The notes beneath the pieces were generated by a model. That model made no database searches. It was not told where the DNA came from and worked only from the letters and a program-made list of their open reading frames with translations. Of a stretch of DNA of 32,000 nucleotides, positions 25,475 to 32,000 are shown piece by piece. How positions within the stretch are numbered: position 1 is the stretch's first letter; each line of letters begins with the position of its first letter. This stretch comes from Acaryochloris marina S15 (GTDB lineage: Bacteria; Cyanobacteriota; Cyanobacteriia; Thermosynechococcales; Thermosynechococcaceae): contig NZ_CP064923.1 of the NCBI RefSeq assembly GCF_018336915.1, forward strand, positions 1,050,001 to 1,082,000, given 5' to 3'. The position numbers and the translations under genes were made by a program.

Positions 25475-26065
25475 ATGTCCATTGAAATGTTACGAACGCT
25501 AGTATGGACAGATTGCCGACTGGCGCTCGTCTTTTTAGTGTTTTTCCCCTTAGGTTTATTGGTGTGGGCCATTATTGAAAATGCCCAACCCATTAGCCGG
25601 CTTTTGGTCATCTACTGGCGAGTCGCCAGTTTATTGCTCATCACCATGTATTTGATGATGGCCCAAGTCCCCCTCAGCTTTGTGACACTCTTTCTCGCTC
25701 TGCTTCTGGTTCCAGTCAGTCTCTGGTTTTGGGTGGATCTTAATGAAGAAATCGATGATCGTCGTGGCAAGTTAAAACTAGCCTTGACCTCGTGGCGATG
25801 GGCTACGTCTCTTTTTTGCCTTATTTCTGCTGCAGCATTAGTCCCCTCTCTAGGGTGTGCGGGGTCTAAAACTGCGATCGCAGCGGATCAATGTCAGGTT
25901 TGGTTAGAACCTGCCTATGGGGTTGCATCGATGGTTCATGCTAGCTCTGGTGTCAGTCGGATTAACATCTTAGCCACCCTCTCATTGATTCTCTATGGAT
26001 TTTACTTCGGCTATTTTTTGCTATTCCGCTTATCGAAGCAAGGCCGTTCAGCCACAGGTTACTAA
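25475..26065 (+). CDS. multi-pass membrane protein, conserved hypothetical
   Basis: 196 aa with about 5 hydrophobic helices. N-terminal LVWTDCRLALVFLVFFPLGLLVW. Confidence 0.6.
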   Translation: MSIEMLRTLVWTDCRLALVFLVFFPLGLLVWAIIENAQPISRLLVIYWRVASLLLITMYLMMAQVPLSFVTLFLALLLVPVSLWFWVDLNEEIDDRRGKLKLALTSWRWATSLFCLISAAALVPSLGCAGSKTAIAADQCQVWLEPAYGVASMVHASSGVSRINILATLSLILYGFYFGYFLLFRLSKQGRSATGY

Positions 26066-26097
26066 TCGATTCATTACATTCTTAAGCACGTTGAGCC

Positions 26098-26391
26098 ATG
26101 GCAATCGGGGATAGGTTAGAGCAATATACCCTTCAATGTCCTCAAGAAGTATTGATTGTTAAAGCGGAGGTTGCAGGTGAACCGGATGAGATCGCTATTT
26201 TTAGGGGTTTTTCTAGTTCACTGATGCGACCGACAGCTTTTGATGTCGATACTCCTATCTTGCCTGAGGATGCCACCATTCTCTCCATTGACCGGTTACA
26301 AGGCCCTTACGATCCAGCCCATCCACAATATTTACAGCAGGGGCTTTCATGGGAAGACTTTCTGCCTCACTTAACTCAATTGGGTTTGTAG
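26098..26391 (+). CDS. small hypothetical protein
   Basis: 97-aa ORF, 32 nt after the previous gene. No family recognised. Confidence 0.45.
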   Translation: MAIGDRLEQYTLQCPQEVLIVKAEVAGEPDEIAIFRGFSSSLMRPTAFDVDTPILPEDATILSIDRLQGPYDPAHPQYLQQGLSWEDFLPHLTQLGL

Positions 26392-26647
26392 ACTCAGATT
26401 GCTCTTTATTACAACCTTCTTCAAATGCCAATGTTACAAAATTTGGCATCGATATTCTCATGGCTATATCCAGCCGAGGAAAACTACTGCGAATCAAGAC
26501 CTCATCAGGTCTGTCTTAGATCAGAAAAACTCAACGTATCAATCACTCGGTAACCCACACCTCTTCACTGGTACAAGATGATTAGTGAGTTTGATAGGCT
26601 GTAAGAATATCAAGAATGTATCAAGGAACTGTTGAAAGCAAACGACA

Positions 26648-27232
26648 ATGGATAATTCTTTAGCAACCCTCTATTTGACACTTTTCTTGGTCTTACTCTG
26701 CTTCGCAGGGTGGTTTGTGTTTCGCCAAGTTTTAAGAACACGCAAGAATGAACTCACCATTTCCAAGCTAGAAAGCAAATTCAAAAAAGATATCGGTACG
26801 GTCGAAGAATATTTCGAGCTAGGTAGTATCTATTTGCAGAAAAAGCTTTTCGTCCAAGCTGTGACCCAACTCAAAAAGGCGCTGAAGGCCGCTGAAGATG
26901 AGGTTGGCACCTTTCCTTCAGAAGAAGACGATGCTGAAGTTTCAGAAAGCAATCCGACCATCGAACCCTTAGCTCCGTTATATAACGCTCTAGGCTATGC
27001 CTACTTCGGCCAAGAACAATTTGATTTAGCCATTCGAAATTATAAAGAAGCCCTGAAGTGTAAAACGGATTACCTAGTGGCAATGAACAATCTGGCCCAT
27101 GCCTATGAGCGGAAAAAGCTTATGCGCCAGGCATTAGATACCTATGATGAGGTATTATCCCGAGATCCAAAGAACGATACAGCTAAGCGCCGATCTAGAT
27201 CGCTCCGCAAGCAAGTTACGGTTTCAGGGTAA
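26648..27232 (+). CDS. membrane-anchored TPR-repeat protein (Ycf37-like)
   Basis: 194 aa. N-terminal TM LYLTLFLVLLCFAGWFVF is followed by TPR-like repeats (YFELGSIYLQKKLFVQAVTQLKKAL; YNALGYAYFGQEQFDLAIRNYKEAL; MNNLAHAYERKKLMRQALDTYDEVL). The architecture matches Ycf37, but I am not certain of the orthology. Confidence 0.7.
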   Translation: MDNSLATLYLTLFLVLLCFAGWFVFRQVLRTRKNELTISKLESKFKKDIGTVEEYFELGSIYLQKKLFVQAVTQLKKALKAAEDEVGTFPSEEDDAEVSESNPTIEPLAPLYNALGYAYFGQEQFDLAIRNYKEALKCKTDYLVAMNNLAHAYERKKLMRQALDTYDEVLSRDPKNDTAKRRSRSLRKQVTVSG

Positions 27233-27237
27233 GTCAA

Positions 27238-27498
27238 ATGCCAGATTCCCTAATGTATGGCGATGATGATATGTACGTTGTGCTGGAAACCAACCAGCCA
27301 GAAAAGTTTCTAACGGCAGCAGAACTGGTCGTCAAGCTAGAGTCTGTTTTATCGACACAGCAGGACGACCTTCCTCCAGATCTTCAAGGGATGTCAACCA
27401 TTCCAGAACAAGCCAAACATCTGGCCTCAACTGCTTGTGAGCTAGATCTAGGACCTGGTGAATTTTTGCAATGGTATGTTGTGCGCCTAGAAAAGTAA
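27238..27498 (+). CDS. CRR7-like (DUF3571) small protein, putative NDH-1 assembly factor homolog
   Basis: 86 aa. The pattern MYVVLE...FLT..EL...L......LPPDL........CELDLGPGEFLQWYVVRLEK matches my memory of plant CRR7 (ending ...QWYQVRLE). The gene starts 5 nt after the TPR gene. Confidence 0.5.
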   Translation: MPDSLMYGDDDMYVVLETNQPEKFLTAAELVVKLESVLSTQQDDLPPDLQGMSTIPEQAKHLASTACELDLGPGEFLQWYVVRLEK

Positions 27499-27544
27499 AC
27501 AAATTATCGAGCAGAAATACGTATTTCTGCTCGATAATTTGTTT
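27497..27544. terminator. 48-nt perfect palindrome, probable bidirectional terminator
   Basis: AAACAAATTATCGAGCAGAAATAC|GTATTTCTGCTCGATAATTTGTTT. The two halves are exact reverse complements. It overlaps the stop of the CRR7-like gene and lies between convergent genes. Confidence 0.7.
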
Positions 27545-27598
27545 AAGCAGTTCAAATTAAGTGTTAATTCTGAACCGATTGACTTGAGATGGTATTCA

Positions 27599-28201
27599 CT
27601 ATAATTTTTGGCTAATAGAACCGCGCTGAGCACGGTGCATCGCCCGTAGTACTGCGGCTGGATCGACCAGCTTGCCTTGATATTTGAGGGTCCAATGAAG
27701 GTGGGGGCCCGTAGTACGTCCGGTCATTCCAACCCGACCAATGCGTTGACCAGCTTTTACGGTTTGTCCTTGTCGAATACGTAATCCACCATCGACGATG
27801 TATGGCCCTCTGCTATCTCTGGCAACATAGCCTTTCATGTGGCAATAGACATGAATCCAAGACCCAGACTGGACGCGAACAGAAGTGCCACAAGCTGTCT
27901 TGCCTGAAACTCTGATCACTCGCCCAGACCACCAGTTGCGAATGTAGCTCCCATTGGGAGCTGCAAAATCGAGGCCTGTATGAAATTCGGTTGAATAGCC
28001 TCCTGTCGGAGACGAACGATAGCCAAACGGAGAGGTATATCCCTGAAAATTCTCCACCGGGAAGGAGCCATTGCGCCAGATAGAGGTACCTACTGCAACT
28101 TGAGGCGGCTGATTACCTATAGCCTTTGGCCCTATAGCTGCTACCACATTTAATCCAACGACACTTGCACCAACGGCAGATAACCAGCGGTTGCGTTTCA
28201 T
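27599..28201 (-). CDS. M23-family (LytM-type) metallopeptidase
   Basis: HTGLDFAAPNGSYI (HxxxD) and GMTGRTTGPHLHWTL (HxH). Signal peptide from the ATG at 28201 (MKRNRWLSAVGASVVGLNVVAA). The TTG at 28219 is an alternative start. Confidence 0.88.
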   Translation of the reverse strand: MKRNRWLSAVGASVVGLNVVAAIGPKAIGNQPPQVAVGTSIWRNGSFPVENFQGYTSPFGYRSSPTGGYSTEFHTGLDFAAPNGSYIRNWWSGRVIRVSGKTACGTSVRVQSGSWIHVYCHMKGYVARDSRGPYIVDGGLRIRQGQTVKAGQRIGRVGMTGRTTGPHLHWTLKYQGKLVDPAAVLRAMHRAQRGSISQKL

Positions 28202-28561
28202 TGCGGAACTCCTTTGCAAATGACCCCAACTTGCCCAACCGGCAACGGTCTAATCACGAATAACAATAAAGAAAACATGAACTCCCTTATAGCGTCATGC
28301 CTAGCGTCTGTCAATGTCTTTGAGCCAAACTGCTGACCAAATGACACAATTACAACCCTTTTTGGATGACTTTGAGCCCGACCTTCGATCTAATGACTAC
28401 TCCAGTAAGTGCCCAGTTCCGTCTGATCTCAAGATTGACTCAGGATACACTTCTTCTTGGAGAATATTGCAACCCTACTGATTCAATCTTATAGAAGTCC
28501 TAAGGCTGTGAAATAGCAGGCCTTTTGTGAAGGAAAAGACGGGCAAGGTTAGACTGAAGCA

Positions 28562-30322
28562 ATGGCTAAGACAACCGGTAAGTATTCTCGACTACACAAG
28601 TTAGTTCAATATCTTCAACCCCATTGGCGCAGCGTCTTTTTGGGCATTTTGGCGCTGTTCATTGTCAACAGTTTAGGAACCTACTTACCGCTGCTCATCC
28701 GCAATGCCATTGATGACTTAGAGATCGCCTTTAGTTTTGGTCCCATCCTCCACAACATTTTAGTCATCGCTGGCCTAGCCTCAATCATGTGGTGTTTCCG
28801 CATGGCCTCTCGGATTTTGTTATTTGGGACAGGCCGACAAGTCGAATTCGATCTCAAACAGCGAATTTTTGAGCACCTACTGTCTTTAGAGCCTTCTTAC
28901 TTCGCCGAGAATACCGCAGGTGACCTGATTAATCGTGCCACTAGCGATGTGGATAATATTCGTCGTTTAGTAGGCTTTGCGGTCCTTAGCTTGGCCAACA
29001 CCTTATTTGCCTATGCCCTACGATTGCCAGTCATGCTGGCCATCGATCCGGTATTGAGTCTAACTGCTATCGCAGTGTATCCCCTCATAATGCTGTTAGT
29101 TCAATTCTTTAGCCATCGTCTACGCAGTGAGCAATTAGCCGTGCAGCAGGCTCTCTCCAATATGAGTGAGCTGGTCCAGGAAGATATGAGTGGCATCTCT
29201 TTAATTAAAATTTATGCCCAAGAAACCAATGAACAGTCAGAATTTCAACATCTGAATCAAGCGTTATTAACTGCCAATCTGAAGCTAGCCAAGACCCGGA
29301 ATATTCTGTTCCCTGTTTTGGGGGGAATGGCGAGTATTAGCCTACTAGTGCTGCTGGCTTTTGGGAGTCGTTCAATTCCGTCCGGTGGTATTAGTGTCGG
29401 TGATTTTGTAGCCTTGCTGCTATATGTTGAGCAACTCATTTTCCCCACAGCCCTTTTAGGGTTCACCATTACTGCCTATCAACGGGGTGAAGTCAGTATT
29501 GATCGCATTGAAACCATTCTGGGGGTAGAACCTCACATTCAAAATACAGACCAATCCCAACGATTAGAGCAAGAGAAAGTTCAAGGCAAATTAATTGCAG
29601 AAAATCTCACTTTTACCTACCCAGGTGCTGCCGTCCCTTCGTTAAAACAGGTCTGTTTCCAAATTCAACCAGGAGAAACAGTTGCGATTGTGGGCCCCGT
29701 TGGCTCGGGAAAATCAACACTGGCTAACGCTTTACCCCGTTTATTAGACATTTCGTCAGGGCAACTCTTCGTTGATGGCCATGATGTGACCCAAGTGCAT
29801 CTGCGCGACCTTAGAAATGCTATTGCCTATGTGCCCCAAGATAGTTTCCTATTCAGTACGAGTCTCAAAAATAATATTCGCTATGGCAATCCCCTCAGCG
29901 ATGCATCAGACGTGGAATATGTGGCCAAGCAAGCTCAAATCCATGATGAGGTGTTGAACTTTCCCCAGCGATATAAAACCATTGTGGGAGAGCGGGGTAT
30001 TACGCTATCTGGAGGGCAACGTCAGCGTACAGCACTATCACGAGCGTTATTAGTGGATGCCCCTATCCTCATTTTGGATGATGCCTTGTCCAGTGTGGAT
30101 AATCAAACGGCCACTGAAATCCTGAATAACTTATCAAGCGACACTCAGCGAAAGACCGTTGTGTTTATTTCTCATCAATTATCAGCAGCTGCGATCGCAG
30201 ATCAGATCTTTGTGATGGATCAAGGCGAAATTGTCCAAATAGGAACTCACACTCATCTCGTCCAAAAGCCAGGGCTCTACCAAACCTTATGGAATAAGCA
30301 AAAACTAGAAGAACAACTGTAG
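28562..30322 (+). CDS. ABC exporter, fused permease/ATPase (MsbA/MdlB-like half transporter)
   Basis: 586 aa. N-terminal 6-TM domain. Walker A GPVGSGKST, signature LSGGQRQR, Walker B ILILDDALS, H-loop ISHQL. Confidence 0.9.
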   Translation: MAKTTGKYSRLHKLVQYLQPHWRSVFLGILALFIVNSLGTYLPLLIRNAIDDLEIAFSFGPILHNILVIAGLASIMWCFRMASRILLFGTGRQVEFDLKQRIFEHLLSLEPSYFAENTAGDLINRATSDVDNIRRLVGFAVLSLANTLFAYALRLPVMLAIDPVLSLTAIAVYPLIMLLVQFFSHRLRSEQLAVQQALSNMSELVQEDMSGISLIKIYAQETNEQSEFQHLNQALLTANLKLAKTRNILFPVLGGMASISLLVLLAFGSRSIPSGGISVGDFVALLLYVEQLIFPTALLGFTITAYQRGEVSIDRIETILGVEPHIQNTDQSQRLEQEKVQGKLIAENLTFTYPGAAVPSLKQVCFQIQPGETVAIVGPVGSGKSTLANALPRLLDISSGQLFVDGHDVTQVHLRDLRNAIAYVPQDSFLFSTSLKNNIRYGNPLSDASDVEYVAKQAQIHDEVLNFPQRYKTIVGERGITLSGGQRQRTALSRALLVDAPILILDDALSSVDNQTATEILNNLSSDTQRKTVVFISHQLSAAAIADQIFVMDQGEIVQIGTHTHLVQKPGLYQTLWNKQKLEEQL

Positions 30323-30376
30323 TAGGTTTTTTGAGCAGACGCTGGGCTCATGCCAGATAAACCAAGGTAATCAGGG

Positions 30377-30946
30377 TTAACGCGCTTTCCCCTTCGACAG
30401 AGATTGTTCTGATTTCAATTTGATTAATTGCTTAAGGGTGGGAATGGGAAATAGCTGCGCCACTTGTTTATAAGGAGCCGTGATGCCATCTGGCCCCACA
30501 ACATAGTGGATATTATCTTCATAGACACTATCAACCACCACACCGGCTTGATACGCCAAGGGATACCATTGCTCAAACTGGCGGTCAATTAATACCAGGG
30601 TGTTTTGAGCATTCACTCGATAGGCTTTCCCCACATACCCTGCGGTGTCATAAAAGATCTGATGGATATGTTGATCTAGCTTGACTTCATTTGGAATTTG
30701 CGGTCGGTAGAACGCTTTAATTTCTTCTTCAACGTCCAGTTCTTGTAGACGAGTATGTAAACCCTGCTTATCGTCAGAAAAATAAGCCTCCCGAGCTTGC
30801 CCATCCTGCAAGAACTTGAGAATAATCCCAACAGGAACTCCCTGAACCGTCAGGGAAGGCCCCACAACAATAGTAGTCAGGACAGCGATCACAACTAGCC
30901 CTGCTCCCAGCTTGAGAAGAGTCGCTCGGATGGTTTTCTTAGCCAT
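30377..30946 (-). CDS. membrane-anchored hypothetical protein
   Basis: 189 aa. N-terminal TM LKLGAGLVVIAVLTTIVVG followed by a soluble domain. No family recognised. Confidence 0.5.
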   Translation of the reverse strand: MAKKTIRATLLKLGAGLVVIAVLTTIVVGPSLTVQGVPVGIILKFLQDGQAREAYFSDDKQGLHTRLQELDVEEEIKAFYRPQIPNEVKLDQHIHQIFYDTAGYVGKAYRVNAQNTLVLIDRQFEQWYPLAYQAGVVVDSVYEDNIHYVVGPDGITAPYKQVAQLFPIPTLKQLIKLKSEQSLSKGKAR

Positions 30947-31030
30947 ACCCTTAGTCTAGCGATTTAGTCTCAAATTGTTGGTATCTTAGATGCTCAGGCA
31001 GCACGTTTTTTTAGATATCTACAAGCGGAG

Positions 31031-31056
31031 TTGGAGGGCATGGAATTGCCCTCCAA
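31031..31056 (-). terminator. hairpin just downstream of tpiA
   Basis: TTGGAGGGCA-TGGAAT-TGCCCTCCAA, a 10-bp stem 8 nt after the tpiA stop. There is no clear U-tract. Confidence 0.4.
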
Positions 31057-31063
31057 AACTTAA

Positions 31064-31792
31064 TCATGACTGATAATTAACGACTCGTGCGAAACCGTCT
31101 CCCGCTAGACTAGCACCACCAACTAGGGCACCGTCTATCTCTGGCTGGGCCATGATCTCATCCACATTATCTGGCTTAACAGACCCACCATATTGAATGG
31201 TGACATCGGGGTTTGTTAAACGAGAGCGGATCAAACCAATCACCCGATTCGCTTCACTACTTTCACAGGTATCCCCTGTACCAATGGCCCAAATGGGTTC
31301 GTAGGCAATAATCAAGTTCTTTTGATCGACACCCACCAGACCTTTTTCAAGCTGTTCAAAGATAACGGCTTCCGTCTCATTGGCATCTCGCTGAGCCTTT
31401 GATTCACCCACACATAGAATGGGAGTGAGACGATGACCTTGAGCAGCCTTGAGTCGCTGATTAACGGTGGCATCCGTTTCACCAAAGAACTGGCGACGTT
31501 CACTGTGGCCAACGACGACATATCGCACCCCAGTTTCTAGCAGCATTGGCCCGGAGATTTCGCCGGTAAAAGCGCCTGTGTCTTCCCAGTGGATATTTTG
31601 CGCCCCGACTTGCACCCGACTGCCATGTAAGTTTTTGGAGAGGGCTGTCAGTGTGGTGAAAGGTGCACAGAGAATCACATCTCGATCTTCAGGGGTATCT
31701 TGTAGCAGGGGAAGAAAGGCTTGCAAAAACTCCAGGGCTTCTGCCTGGGTTTTGTGCATTTTCCAGTTGCCTGCGATCGCAATTTTTCGCAC
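31064..31792 (-). CDS. tpiA: triosephosphate isomerase
   Basis: 242 aa. [38 protein letters not shown] start. Confidence 0.95.
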   Translation of the reverse strand: MRKIAIAGNWKMHKTQAEALEFLQAFLPLLQDTPEDRDVILCAPFTTLTALSKNLHGSRVQVGAQNIHWEDTGAFTGEISGPMLLETGVRYVVVGHSERRQFFGETDATVNQRLKAAQGHRLTPILCVGESKAQRDANETEAVIFEQLEKGLVGVDQKNLIIAYEPIWAIGTGDTCESSEANRVIGLIRSRLTNPDVTIQYGGSVKPDNVDEIMAQPEIDGALVGGASLAGDGFARVVNYQS

Positions 31793-32000
31793 GGTAGTTT
31801 TATCTAAGTTCCGATTAAAGTTAATGCACTATTAAGTGTAAGGGCTTGGGTGACGCATTACTAGGACTGAGAAATAGAACCCTTGCCCGGCTGATTGTGG
31901 ACGATTGCGCTATCTAATATCCTTAGCCATCATTCTCACGGCATGAAACAAATACGTTCAGTCTATATCTTCAACAGCAGTTGGCACAGGTTACTGCTCC

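Noticed and set aside
26255-26581. ORFs 26255-26497 (minus) and 26399-26581 (plus) in the spacer before the TPR gene.
   Set aside because: They are mutually overlapping, one overlaps the preceding gene, and neither has a motif or plausible ribosome-binding site. I treat the region as non-coding.
31943-32000. An ATG-initiated frame (MKQIRSVYIFNSSWHRLLL...) running off the right edge.
   Set aside because: Only 19 codons are visible, which is too little to call a gene.
1-32000. A window-wide search for CRISPR arrays, transposases, integrases, phage genes and rRNA.
   Set aside because: I saw no regularly spaced direct repeats, no DDE or tyrosine-recombinase-like ORFs, and no rRNA-like conserved stretches. 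The only tandem repeats are the intragenic globin duplication and the 30-nt linker repeat.

Overview
This is a cyanobacterial chromosomal window. Evidence: at least 13 exact HIP1 octamers (GCGATCGC) found by eye, a perfect CIRCE operator ahead of groES-groEL, a cyAbrB-type regulator, and Ycf37-like and CRR7-like genes. I call about 35 protein-coding genes. I found no rRNA, tRNA, CRISPR array, transposase or integrase. Housekeeping content: FGGY sugar kinase, 2OG-Fe(II) oxygenase, sugar ABC permease, argH, pyrR, groES/groEL, M23 peptidase, ABC exporter and tpiA.

Two clusters are not housekeeping.

(1) 14.5-23.5 kb, all on the minus strand: a heme-protein island. It holds a long-form, translationally coupled CcsB/CcsA (System II cytochrome c maturation) pair plus a pentapeptide-repeat protein. 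After a 545-bp AT-rich gap with clustered ATGCAT motifs come five more genes: a membrane-tethered tandem Hmp-like globin, a membrane-anchored pentaheme cytochrome c (with a cytochrome-c3-type CX4CH site), a secreted hexaheme cytochrome c, a Tll0287-like c-heme lipoprotein, and a membrane protein with two H-x13-H pairs (di-heme-b-like). I consider this the best candidate for an undescribed system: a transmembrane heme wire linked to cytoplasmic globins, possibly for NO/O2 chemistry or periplasmic electron transfer.

(2) 2.4-7.1 kb: three FHA-domain proteins, each fused to a different effector (PrsW-type intramembrane protease, zinc ribbon, two-dinucleotide-binding flavoprotein-like domain), plus a small Trp-rich membrane protein. 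They sit around one divergent promoter, and no kinase or phosphatase is in view.

All functional calls rest on motif recognition by eye. No database search was run.
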